Part shown: piece by piece, positions 1-10,100 of the stretch | How positions within the stretch are numbered: position 1 is the stretch's first letter | Layout: each line of letters begins with the position of its first letter | From: a virus | Taxonomy: Duplodnaviria > Caudoviricetes | DNA: 64,000 nucleotides | Direction: 5' to 3' (one strand) | Virus record (IMG/VR): IMGVR_UViG_3300048803_000071 | Coordinates: 28,783 to 92,782 of that record | Position numbers and translations under genes: made by a program | The notes under the pieces: generated by a model | What the model saw: only the letters and a program-made list of their open reading frames with translations | Told to the model about the DNA's origin: nothing | Databases searched by the model: none

Positions 1-137
1 AGCTACATAATATACAACTTCATTTTTTAATACTTTCAAAACATAAAACGAAGTTAAGTTGTATTTTAAATTAACATCAAGAATCGGAGATACTGAATCC
101 CCTATCTTAAAAATGGTCTTTATAAATATGCTTGAAT

Positions 138-842
138 TCATGGTTGATAATCGTTTTCTAACTCCTGAAATTCATCCTGATATAATTTTGTGTAATCCAC
201 TTCCCCGGGTTGTTTTATCTCTTCAAAATACTCAAGCATCTCTCCCCACGTCTTTCCTTTAATAAATTTCTTGTAATCGAATTCCGGATTCCATTGGTTT
301 ATTTCGTAAATCAGACAGCTTATTTTATACATTTGGACAGCTAAAAAGTAATTATCGAGAATTGTCTGTTTTTTCTTTAATTCTTTTATTGTCTGTTCTC
401 TATCTGCACTTTCTATGTTATCGGATGGTTTCTCTAATTCTTTAATCCTGTTGTCATAATCGTATGCGTTTGAAAACCACGTTGTTTCCATCTGTCCGTA
501 TGTTACACATTGTAAAAAAGGATTATCTTCTATCAAATATTTATTAAAGGATTCCCATTCCTCGACTGTTATTTTATCCGGATATTGCTCTGTGTAAATT
601 TTATCTTCTTCGTTTATACCGGCTTGCTGCTCACCCGCTTTTATTCCCTGAGCCTGTGCTTCTGATGTCGATAACCATCTCCTTACGCCAGACGGCGCAT
701 ATCCTAAAACTCTTTGTGAACCGTCCGGGAAGTCCTTAGTATCACCAATGTTATATCCGCTTGTATCTTCCCAGGTGTGCGGTTGACCCTTTTTCCTTAG
801 TGCTCCGGATAGCGCCTTCAATATTTTTAATTTGAACTTCAT
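138..842 (-). CDS. hypothetical protein, possibly head-packaged and protease-processed
   Basis: 234 aa; N-terminal ILK-AL matches the K-[S/A]-hydrophobic motif of the head proteins; lies downstream of the neck gene. Confidence 0.45.
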   Translation of the reverse strand: MKFKLKILKALSGALRKKGQPHTWEDTSGYNIGDTKDFPDGSQRVLGYAPSGVRRWLSTSEAQAQGIKAGEQQAGINEEDKIYTEQYPDKITVEEWESFNKYLIEDNPFLQCVTYGQMETTWFSNAYDYDNRIKELEKPSDNIESADREQTIKELKKKQTILDNYFLAVQMYKISCLIYEINQWNPEFDYKKFIKGKTWGEMLEYFEEIKQPGEVDYTKLYQDEFQELENDYQP

Positions 843-907
843 TTTTTATAAAATTCGTATAAATAAAGGTATATTGACCCTCACTGCTTCTGCCACTGCC
901 ACTTCCT

Positions 908-1966
908 TTACGCTGTTATCATTTTTATATGCTTATTGTATCTTCTCTTATAAGTTTCTACCCAGTCCTTTTCATTTCCTTTTAACTCCTGTAAATATGC
1001 AAATCCGTTTCTCGTTACTCCATATGACGCTCCATCTACGCTCTTTTGAACACTCTGGTTCAATACTGCCGGTGATATTGACCCTAAACCATTCAATAAC
1101 GCCCTTCTTGCGATGGCTAATCTTATTTCAGCTTGTTCTTCTTCCGGAATGTTCATAAAATCTATTCCATAGGTGTATGATATTCTGAATACTGCCGGTA
1201 ATCTTGGTGCTCCTAATCCTCTGGAGAATAGTTGTAACTGAGTCGATTCAATTCCTAAGTTTTGGAATATCAGAAAGAATGGTTGATTTGGTGCAGGTAA
1301 ATATTCTACTGTTCCCATAATCTTCTCCAGCAGCAAATATTCTGTTGGGATCTCTACCACTTTTGAAGTGCCAAAATAGAGTTGATAACTTTGAACGGAT
1401 ATTATAGGATAGTTGAAAAACTGTATCATCCATGATGTCTCTCTGAGATTGTCCTGGAACCAGTCATGAGCTTCGTTTTCTATGGTCTTGGGGGTGAATG
1501 ACATTTCACAATCTGTTTGTAATTGTCCCGTGGCAGATAATAAAAGTTCTTTTACTGCATCATCTGGGTAAGCTAATATCGTTTGTCTGAATTCATCGAT
1601 TAAATTAGCATTTAAAGTGTAATCTCTGAAATACTCATTCGGTACTAATTGTATACTGTTGCTCTCTATGATTAAATTAACAAGAGCGTAATTCGATACG
1701 ATGTAAATACCATCTGCATCTGTAATATCAAATACTAATCTGTAATATTTACCCTTTGATGTGCTCGATAATTGGAATGAAGCGTAATATCTATTAAACG
1801 TATCGTCAAATTCCGCATCTTTATTCTCGATGGGATCATCCTCATTGTTAAGTGCTACCTGGCCTAATTCGTTTAAGACTCTGTATTTAACCGTATAATC
1901 GTCCGTTGCTATGTCGGTGTCCTCGAGCAGTAACTTATTAAGGCTGTATTTCGTGATTGATTTCAT
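908..1966 (-). CDS. putative head-tail adaptor/neck protein
   Basis: 352 aa, located after the capsid genes; C-terminal ...PIISV...FRISYTYG...SVDGAS pattern resembles myovirus neck/adaptor proteins. Confidence 0.55.
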   Translation of the reverse strand: MKSITKYSLNKLLLEDTDIATDDYTVKYRVLNELGQVALNNEDDPIENKDAEFDDTFNRYYASFQLSSTSKGKYYRLVFDITDADGIYIVSNYALVNLIIESNSIQLVPNEYFRDYTLNANLIDEFRQTILAYPDDAVKELLLSATGQLQTDCEMSFTPKTIENEAHDWFQDNLRETSWMIQFFNYPIISVQSYQLYFGTSKVVEIPTEYLLLEKIMGTVEYLPAPNQPFFLIFQNLGIESTQLQLFSRGLGAPRLPAVFRISYTYGIDFMNIPEEEQAEIRLAIARRALLNGLGSISPAVLNQSVQKSVDGASYGVTRNGFAYLQELKGNEKDWVETYKRRYNKHIKMITA

Positions 1967-1984
1967 TCTTTTACTCTTTTAACT

Positions 1985-2019
1985 AAAAAAGGGCTCAAAT
2001 AAATATATACTTGAGCCCT
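1985..2019 (-). terminator. intrinsic terminator
   Basis: AGGGCTCAA/TTGAGCCCT stem followed by a U-tract on the minus strand. Confidence 0.75.
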
Positions 2020-2048
2020 GTAAATTCAAAGTTTTATTTTAGAATATG

Positions 2049-2525
2049 TTATTTTTTCTTCTCATCTTTATCTTTTAACGGTTTTGGCGGTGGCGGCTCA
2101 TCGTCTTTAATCGATTTTGGCGGTAGCTCATCAATTAAAGACTTTAAATCCTCAACTTCTTTTTTTAGAGCATCGTTTTCTTCCGTCAGAGCTTTCACGG
2201 TTTTTGGAATATTTGTATCAACTTCCTCAAGTTTCTTCTTGAGACTAGCATTTTCTTCCCTGAGTTTTTTCATATCTATCTCTAACTGAGCAACATAAAT
2301 CTTATTCTTTTTATCGTCTGCTTTTAATTTTGGGAATTTCCAGTCCGGGTGACCTTCCTCGATTATGTTCTTTTTATCTTTATCTGAATCAAGTAACGCC
2401 TTCATTTGAGCTTCGTTTTCAACAGTAAATGTTCCTTCGGAGTCAATATTTTTTATAACCAGATCTCCGTCAAGTAAGCTGACGTTTTTTTTGCTTTTGA
2501 GTTTAGTGTGTTGTAGCTTAAACAT
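2049..2525 (-). CDS. hypothetical coiled-coil protein in capsid operon
   Basis: 158 aa; heptad-rich central part and Pro/Lys-rich tail. Confidence 0.5.
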   Translation of the reverse strand: MFKLQHTKLKSKKNVSLLDGDLVIKNIDSEGTFTVENEAQMKALLDSDKDKKNIIEEGHPDWKFPKLKADDKKNKIYVAQLEIDMKKLREENASLKKKLEEVDTNIPKTVKALTEENDALKKEVEDLKSLIDELPPKSIKDDEPPPPKPLKDKDEKKK

Positions 2526-2553
2526 AATGTTTATATTTGTTTTTTAAAAAAAA

Positions 2554-3072
2554 TTATTTAAATGTCGCTGCGTCCAGGTCGTTTTCAGGAATGTTTAAAT
2601 ACCCGTAAAGATTCCTGTCATACTTCTCTGATTTCAGCTGTAATGTGATATACCAAAATGGCACCTTATAATTCGGCTGTATATTTACTATGCCTTTTCC
2701 TCCAAGTAATAGTATAGTATCAAGAGGTATTCCTTTCACAGTTTCATCCCAATAAGCGTAAATTGTCATGGTGATAGTATCTGTCTTTGTAATACCCGCA
2801 CTATCTATTTCATAAGTATATGGGAAACTTGTTTTGTTATCTGCCCACGATACTTCTATTTTTGGTAATGTTATAAGTTTTAAAGAATCAATGTTTGTAA
2901 CGAAGGTTCTTATAAACATCCCGCTCCCGCTGTTTGGGAGAGATTGATATCTTATCGAATAAGATGCTCCGTTATTTGTCCCGGATATTGAATTACCCGG
3001 CTTTATACCTGACCCGGTGAATGCCATTAATATTAATGACAAGGATAATACTATAAGAATTAATTTTTTCAT
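2554..3072 (-). CDS. Sec-signal, D-(S/T)-sequon-rich protein at the capsid-decoration gene position
   Basis: Likely start MKKLILIVLSLSLILMAFT (ATG 3072; ORF track starts at 3093); sequons DSL, DSA, DTI, DTI; first gene after the major capsid gene. Confidence 0.65.
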   Translation of the reverse strand: MKKLILIVLSLSLILMAFTGSGIKPGNSISGTNNGASYSIRYQSLPNSGSGMFIRTFVTNIDSLKLITLPKIEVSWADNKTSFPYTYEIDSAGITKTDTITMTIYAYWDETVKGIPLDTILLLGGKGIVNIQPNYKVPFWYITLQLKSEKYDRNLYGYLNIPENDLDAATFK

Positions 3073-3121
3073 TTTTAATACTCCCGCAACCATTTTTTTA
3101 AAAGATCGTTTTTAAAGAATT

Positions 3122-3168
3122 GGAGAAGTCCCGATATTGGTGTTTAAGCACGATATTAGAACTTCTCC
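3122..3168 (-). terminator. hairpin after major capsid gene (partial terminator or mRNA stabiliser)
   Basis: GGAGAAGT/ACTTCTCC stem; only a weak U-tract. Confidence 0.5.
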
Positions 3169-3179
3169 CTGAATTTTAT

Positions 3180-4592
3180 TTAACTGTTCGGTAAATCTCC
3201 GACGTTTTCAAATACAACAATCCTGTTTGGATTGAAGACTTGAAGTACAACGTATATCTTTTGAAGCCATTCTTTCTTATCATACCTGGTGCCGTAAGGT
3301 AATTTCATCATATCCGATAATTGAGAGCAGCATATTGTTTGGTCTGAATCCCATTCGATAAGAGCACACGATGTGGTCCCGGGGATATATTGACCGTCGT
3401 CAAATACGGTTATTTCTGCTGCTGTCTTTTTATATGTTTTTACAAGAAAATATCTTCTGATATCCGTTAATTCACCCGACCTTCTGTAAATCTTGTAGCC
3501 CAGTGTGGCTTCTCCTGTAGCTGCTGCTGTTATTACAAACTGACTTTTTTTCCCGCCACCGGAATGCTCGATAGTGCTCTCTAATGCAGTCCCTTCACCA
3601 TATTGGTTAAATGGTACAACCGCATAATCGTAAAATCCGTCATCCAATTGGTAATCTGTATCGGTTACAACCGATGTTAAAGCTACAGTTGGAGCATCAG
3701 GAGCCTTTGTGTGGTTTTTCTTGAAAGCATCGCCTATTGCGGTTACGATCCTATTGCTGTTTGGATTTTCCGCTCTTAAGAAGACGTCTGTTTTCACTTC
3801 ACCTTCACCGTTTGCAACTTCAAAATTTCTGAAGGTTTGTGTTGGATTTAAATCCCCACCGGCATTTGTGAAGTAAGTTTTATTTAAAATCTTTTCTTTT
3901 ACATAACCGTTTTTAGCATTTAAACTCATCCAGAATTTTAATTGACCTTCACCGTAATTGTCTTTAATGCAAGTAACTGCATCGTTGACATCTTCATCGG
4001 TTATCCTTTTTCCTCTTTTATCGATGACATTTTGGGATGGGTTTTTACAGCTGTCTTTTACGATTTTAAATACTCCGTCAAATTCAAGTACATTAATTGA
4101 CGAATCACCTTTCCATAATCCTATATCAAGTCCTCTGCACATGCTTCTCATCTTGTTGTTCGTCTCGGTAATTTCTGCATCTTGTATCATCTTTACCGAT
4201 TTTGCGGCATAAGTGACCGTTCCTTTTACACCCATGTACTTTATCAGGTCATACTTTCTATCCATATCGTCGTCTTGATTATCAACATCTCCGCCTTCAG
4301 AATAAAATACTGAATTAGCGACTTCGTTAATTCTTGCATATTCGAGTACTGTCGAACTTACTTTCTTTTTTGGAATTTCCTTCCAAAATCTTGCTGCTTC
4401 CTCCTTGAATGTGATTACCTTAAAGGTTTCTTCAAGGGATTGGACTCTTCCTGCTTGACCACCGGTTAAGCTGGATATGTCGATATCATGACCTGCTTCA
4501 AAAGCTTTCTGGATCTCTTGCAGTATCGATATATTATCTGCAAAATCCGGAGCATCATAAGCGGTTACGGATTCAGGACTGTCAAATCTCAT
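3180..4592 (-). CDS. major capsid protein, SPO1/Twort(Herelleviridae)-like
   Basis: N-terminal K-AFEAG...GGQAGRVQSLE arm; EFDG motif; inserted FN3/Ig-like segment (YDYAVVPFNQYGE...YKIYRR) ending IPGT; follows the protease gene. Confidence 0.9.
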   Translation of the reverse strand: MRFDSPESVTAYDAPDFADNISILQEIQKAFEAGHDIDISSLTGGQAGRVQSLEETFKVITFKEEAARFWKEIPKKKVSSTVLEYARINEVANSVFYSEGGDVDNQDDDMDRKYDLIKYMGVKGTVTYAAKSVKMIQDAEITETNNKMRSMCRGLDIGLWKGDSSINVLEFDGVFKIVKDSCKNPSQNVIDKRGKRITDEDVNDAVTCIKDNYGEGQLKFWMSLNAKNGYVKEKILNKTYFTNAGGDLNPTQTFRNFEVANGEGEVKTDVFLRAENPNSNRIVTAIGDAFKKNHTKAPDAPTVALTSVVTDTDYQLDDGFYDYAVVPFNQYGEGTALESTIEHSGGGKKSQFVITAAATGEATLGYKIYRRSGELTDIRRYFLVKTYKKTAAEITVFDDGQYIPGTTSCALIEWDSDQTICCSQLSDMMKLPYGTRYDKKEWLQKIYVVLQVFNPNRIVVFENVGDLPNS

Positions 4593-4651
4593 TAATAAAA
4601 TCTCCTATAATTGATTTTTAATAAAAGTTATTTTAATTTATTTCCTTAAAC

Positions 4652-6049
4652 TTACTTGCTTAATTCATCGAGAATTTCTTCTTGAATCGATTTTTCAACC
4701 TTGTCTAATTTGAAGCCGTCGAATTCATAACGGGTTAATGCTTTTTGATATGCATCTGCTCTTATTGTATCTTTAGATGATTCAATCGATTTGGATAAGA
4801 AGCTTTTTACCCTGTGGGAATCTAAGCTTTCAATCTTTTCTTTTCTCTCTTTTGTTTCTTTTTCCTTCTGAACATCCAGTTTATTCAGCTTTGAAGGGTC
4901 GGTAACTATCCCCGGATCAGCTTCGAATGATTTCAAAATCTTTTCATTATCTTCGATGATAAGTCTGGTGTCCTGCGTTAATTCAACGAGATCTTCGTGT
5001 AATGATTTTATCATCTCAAGTTCAGACTGCGCTACGGATAATGTTATTCCGAGCACTTTTGTCAACTCAGCATTTTGTGCAGGAATTGATTTTTGGATTG
5101 TTAACAGCGTGTTACCAATCGCTTCTAAGAATGGCATAGGATCTATACCTTCGTCTTTTGAACCGGTCTTTAAAGAGTCTTCGAGAGATTTCTTTAAAGT
5201 ATCACCGGCTTTGTTTTCCTCAAGTGATGCGCTAAACACTTTAATGGTTTCGAGAGCTGAAGAAATCGTGTTCATACTTTTTGTATAATTTTCTGTTCTG
5301 TTCTTTTCTTTTGTGTTTGCTTCTTCCCATGCTGCGGCTTTTGCATCAGCTGCGGCTTCCGGCAAACCCTGTTCGATAAAGAATTTCTTTGCTTCGGCTT
5401 TGTTTGAAAATTTCATTGGTTTTACTCCTTTAAGGTTTACTGATAATGTTTTATGTGTTTTATCTAAATGCTGTTTTCTTCCGGCTTCTCCACCCGACAT
5501 ATCTCCGGGATTTATATCACTGCCGGCACAAAAACTTTTTATTAATTCTGCGTAAGTTCGTGGATTTTTGGGGTTGGCGGTTAATACAACATTTGTTACT
5601 ACGGCTTTTAATACCTGATTGCCTTTTCTTTGGCGTACACCGCCTTCTATTGAAAAACCGATTCTTCTCTGGTCTTTAGGATGAGTTTTGTTGTATTCCA
5701 TCATATTTTGTAAATCACCTACAGCCTGTTGCGCTATCTCATACTGCGGAGTTCCCGGTCTGGCATAAATAACCCCTTCCATCTTTGTTTCTACACCTTT
5801 GTTTAATGCAAGTTGAGGATAACCGATGTGATACTTTGGGTCTTTGTTGTGCTCGTACTTTAATTTCCCGTATCCCTTTTTCCACATGCTGAAATCTAAT
5901 CCATCCTGAGAAACTTCCTCTTTGTCAAAATCTTCTTTATTATCGGATATTATTCCGCTGATTTTAACGTCTATTATCCCATTCTTCCCATTGTCAGGAC
6001 CTTTGATTAAATCGTCAACCGGTGCAAAAAATTCGAAGTTATCTTCCAT
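4652..6049 (-). CDS. prohead protease with C-terminal scaffold region
   Basis: D.D.E.V...GLD, KYEH, GFSIEG and VVLTANPKNP motifs of herpes/HK97-type phage protease; helical K-S-rich C-terminus. Confidence 0.88.
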   Translation of the reverse strand: MEDNFEFFAPVDDLIKGPDNGKNGIIDVKISGIISDNKEDFDKEEVSQDGLDFSMWKKGYGKLKYEHNKDPKYHIGYPQLALNKGVETKMEGVIYARPGTPQYEIAQQAVGDLQNMMEYNKTHPKDQRRIGFSIEGGVRQRKGNQVLKAVVTNVVLTANPKNPRTYAELIKSFCAGSDINPGDMSGGEAGRKQHLDKTHKTLSVNLKGVKPMKFSNKAEAKKFFIEQGLPEAAADAKAAAWEEANTKEKNRTENYTKSMNTISSALETIKVFSASLEENKAGDTLKKSLEDSLKTGSKDEGIDPMPFLEAIGNTLLTIQKSIPAQNAELTKVLGITLSVAQSELEMIKSLHEDLVELTQDTRLIIEDNEKILKSFEADPGIVTDPSKLNKLDVQKEKETKERKEKIESLDSHRVKSFLSKSIESSKDTIRADAYQKALTRYEFDGFKLDKVEKSIQEEILDELSK

Positions 6050-6081
6050 TAATGTTTGTTAGTGTTTTGTCTTTTATGGTA

Positions 6082-6113
6082 CAAAAATCTCGATGTGCGT
6101 GAGGAAATTACAA
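6082..6113 (-). promoter_or_regulatory. Bacteroidota-like promoter for protease-capsid operon
   Basis: TTG-N21-GATTTTTG, close to the TTG...TAnnTTTG consensus. Confidence 0.4.
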
Positions 6114-6165
6114 GGGGGGGTGGTTCTTTTCTGAATTTTGAGTTTTTATTCTGAAATCTTTAAAT

Positions 6166-6199
6166 AAAAAAAGCCGGGAATCATTATAATTTCCGGCTT
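6166..6199 (-). terminator. intrinsic terminator
   Basis: AAGCCGG/CCGGCTT stem with U-tract on the minus strand. Confidence 0.75.
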
Positions 6200-6272
6200 A
6201 AGAATGAGTAGAAGTATTTTTGAATACGTTTTTAATCTAATGGATAAATAATTTATTTCAAAGGATTTTCTT

Positions 6273-6485
6273 TTATAAGTAATTTATAAAACTCAATGTC
6301 AATCCTAACATATAAAAAAGTGTCAAAATTATGATTATGAATATACTCAAAAAAAGCAAAAGTGAATATGGTCTCGGACCGCCTAACTCTTCATACCGCT
6401 GCTTGCATCCGTCATATCTGATTAGAGAACAGACTGCAATACAATATGCAATATTCATTGAGCCGCATTTTATTTTTTCTTTCAT
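6273..6485 (-). CDS. small membrane protein
   Basis: 70 aa with a C-terminal hydrophobic helix. Confidence 0.45.
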   Translation of the reverse strand: MKEKIKCGSMNIAYCIAVCSLIRYDGCKQRYEELGGPRPYSLLLFLSIFIIIILTLFYMLGLTLSFINYL

Positions 6486-6492
6486 TCTTATC

Positions 6493-6780
6493 CTATATTG
6501 GAATTTTTAATTTCATAATTTTTCGGACAGTCTTAACACTTATTTTATATTTCTTTGCAATTGTCGTTAGCGGAAGATTGGTGGTGTTAATAGCTTTCTT
6601 TATCTCAACTCTCTTTAAATAATCAATTAACGGTTTGAGTGTGATCTTCTTACCGCCGACTATCTCGAATATCTTTTCAGTATTTTCTTTGCCTATTGCT
6701 TCAAGGATTCCGATATGGTCCTCTGTTACATTTGAACCGTTAGGAAAGCTTTTAAGTATTTCTATTCTCGATTTCGCCAT
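6493..6780 (-). CDS. Mor/C-family transcription activator
   Basis: IG.E...KI....GG..I...R..I plus C-terminal HTH (IAKKYKISVKTVRKI), the Mu Mor/C layout; upstream of the capsid operon. Confidence 0.7.
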   Translation of the reverse strand: MAKSRIEILKSFPNGSNVTEDHIGILEAIGKENTEKIFEIVGGKKITLKPLIDYLKRVEIKKAINTTNLPLTTIAKKYKISVKTVRKIMKLKIPI

Positions 6781-7114
6781 TCAACAACTCTTTTTGATAT
6801 GATAATATACTTTTTGTTAACACTGCTTTGTCAAGTAATGAATCTTTAACTTGAATATTGTTTGTTTCGTGTATGTACCCCAACATTGCAATCGAATCGT
6901 CGATATGCTCAAGTGCCTTTTCTATATTTGCTTTCTTTTCTTTAATTGTCTCATCATCTAACTCCATTATTATTTTAATGGAATCTATTGCCTTTATAAA
7001 ATCATCTGAGTTTTCGCGCTCCTGTAAAACCATATTATCCTCAGAAGCAAAAGATTTTATCATTAAATCCTTTGTTCTTTCGTCCTTTTTTTTCTTCTTT
7101 AATGGAAGTATCAT
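6752..7114 (-). CDS. small helical head-associated protein with five K-[S/A] sites
   Basis: MIKSF, FIKAI, IEKAL, LDKAV, LTKSI in 120 aa. Confidence 0.5.
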   Translation of the reverse strand: MILPLKKKKKDERTKDLMIKSFASEDNMVLQERENSDDFIKAIDSIKIIMELDDETIKEKKANIEKALEHIDDSIAMLGYIHETNNIQVKDSLLDKAVLTKSILSYQKELLNGEIENRNT

Positions 7115-7148
7115 TGTTTTTTATTTTATTCTTTTTAATCTCTGCAAC

Positions 7149-10100
7149 TTATAATATCGGGTCCCTATAAATTGATACAGGTTTATTTTTTTCTTCATCC
7201 CATCCGGCTTCAATTATAGGTAATGATTTTTCAATCTCTTGAAAGTTCGGCTGTCTGATGATATCTTCCTGCCTGTCTAAAAGCAAACAAAACACATATA
7301 AGTTATCCTTAAATGATTTTAAAATTTTATCATAATCATTATTTAAACTGCCGCTTAAATGTATTATCCGGGATAAATTTTCCAATCCTTCTCTCCTGTA
7401 ACTGTCAGCATTTTCCCATACTTCTCTGGGGCTCAAACCTTTTATTAAATCGACAGTCCTTTCCTCTGAATTCCTGATAAGTTTCATTTTTTTGTATTTT
7501 TCGGAAAGATAATAATAAGGCTGTGTTATAGATTTTATAAATGCCCTGACTGCTCCCATTTTATCTTTTGACAATCCTATTTTCCCTTCGTTTTCTAATT
7601 GTTTTAAATGCTTTTTTATCTCAATATCTGTATATCTGTTCGGTTTTATTCCTAATTTGGTTGCTATCTGCTCGGTGTTGTATGAACTGTTTCTTATCGA
7701 GTCAAGATTTTTATAAATATTTTCCTTTGTTATTGTGCTTAAAGGATGCACTTCATCATAATTTCTTGTTTTTTTGTCCAGTTCGTTTAATTTCGATGTG
7801 GAATGAAATCCCATTAAATCAAAATCGGGTTTGGATAATTCTTTTAATTTATAATTTAATTCACTCAATTCTTTTTCATGGGGTTCCGCTAATTTCGCTC
7901 TTTCCTCTTCTACTTTCGCTCTTGCTTCATCTCTCATACCTCTTGCTTTTTTGTCCTGGCTGATATTTATATGAGCTATATTTTGGATTATCTCTTCTTT
8001 TCTGTTGTTTATCTTTTCGATTTTTTCCTTATTTTCTTTCGGTAAATAACTTTTGAAGTTAGGGTTTTTTTCAACGTTTCCTTTGAAGTCCTCAAAGTCG
8101 TGGTTTTCCTTGGCTAAGTTCTGCAGTTCAGGATGTTGCTGCAGTAATTCAGGATCTTTGTTCTCAATCTTATCGTGATAGTCGGGATTTGCAGACGGGT
8201 GTAAAAGATTAAACACTTTATCTTTCTTTTGATTGATTAAATTTTCATAATCTTTCTTTTTATCATTATATTCCTTAACGTTTTTTGCATACTCGCTGTT
8301 AGGGTCAAATTCATTGCCTAAGTTTTTTAAGTTGTCGATATCTTCCGATTTGTAATTTCCCTCGTTATCCAATAGGTTCATTATGCTGCTTTGCTCTGCA
8401 AGTTTTTTCTTTGACTTTTGCCCTCTCTCATATTCCCCGGGTATGGGTTTTTTGCCATTAATATAATTGTGAATCTTTTGCATATCGTCTTTATTGTATC
8501 CTAAACTTTTCAATTTCTTGATAAGAGGCGTTTCTCCCATTTCGTCTATGTCAAAATCAGACGTGAGCATATCCATATCATCTTTTTTCTTACCTCTTAA
8601 TAAATCCTTAAACTTTTCAGAGTGTATGTCGAAATCCGGAGTCGCGTGTTTTATATTTTCGATATCTGCTTTCTTTATGGCTCTTTTCCTACCATCGTCA
8701 CCTTTTGCAAATACAAAATCATCTTTTACATCATTAATAGTGTGGTTTTGACCTGCGTAATTGAATTTATCACCTTTCTTGTAATCTGAATAAGAAACAG
8801 CATTGTTTTCTAATTCCGGATTGATTTTAGGATTAGCTTTGGAAGTCTGATATTCTTTGGAGAAAGGCTGTTTTTTATTCCGTCCGCCTGTTTCTTCTTT
8901 TAAAGCATCAAACATCTCATTACTTATTTTTTTATCGGCTAATCTTTTCAAAAGTACTGTGTTTCTCTTTGCCTTTTCTCTGTCAAATTCACCGCTTTCA
9001 TTAATTGTTTCCCGGTTGCTCATGGTCGGGAATTTAAACCATCTTTTTAAATTATCGGAATCCCATATTTCATCATTCTTGGAATCTTTGCCTTTATACA
9101 TCGTCCAGTCTCTCTTCTTGTTTATTTTCTCATTGTCTTGATTGATATGGTCCGTTTTGAATGTTTTTAAATATTTTTTTAATCCCGGGGATATCTCACC
9201 GCTCTTTACGGCATTTGCAAATTTTTCTCCTGTTCCGAATTTGTCAATTTCTTTTTTATGCTCTTCCGGTAAATCCTGAACTTGTCCGTATTCCGGATTA
9301 TCTGTAAATCTCTCGTGGTCCATTAATGTAGCTCTCTGGTCGGGCATCACCGGTTTTGTATCGTGGTTCCTCCACCTGCCTACTGTATTATTAAAATGTT
9401 CTCTAATCTCATCATCGTTATTGTTGTGTAACTTTTTAACTTCATCAGCTAAAGCTTTATGTTCCGGTTTGGGATTATTTAAAAAGTTTGTGTGAGTGTT
9501 GTATTCGTTAAGTTTCTTTCCTAAACTCCCCCCTTCAAATAAATCTGTTCCTTCTTCGTGCCATTTTCCGTCTTTTATATTTATTTTTACCGGGTTGAAT
9601 TTCTTAGAAACTTCTTCTTCACCTGATAATCCGTTAACATAATTGTTTAAAGTTTCTGCCTTTTCTTTATCTTCCGGAGTATGAGTACCGGCTTTTAATC
9701 TCGGCAGTAGTTGCTTTGTATATTCTTCCTTTATACTCGGGTGTAATTTATCAAATCTCTCGAATGCGTTTAACTGTGTCCCCTTAGGCTCTCCTTGGCT
9801 GCCTACTGCAACTGTTTTCACCGGCTTTATTATATCTTTTAATTTCGGTGTTTCTTCTTTCCCAAATAAACTTAGTTGATTAGGATTCGGTTTTATCGCT
9901 TTCATCAACCTTAGTCCTAAATGCTCTATTAAAGCTTTCGGTTCAATCTTACCGCCAAAATAATCATTAAATTTACTTAAGTGACTCTCTTCTGTTGCCG
10001 ATAAAGGGAAATTATTTTCTTTTTTGTGATTAATCCTTCTGAAGTATTCCCTTTCATCACTTCCTAAATCGTTTAATTTATTATTCCTTTTAAGACTTTC

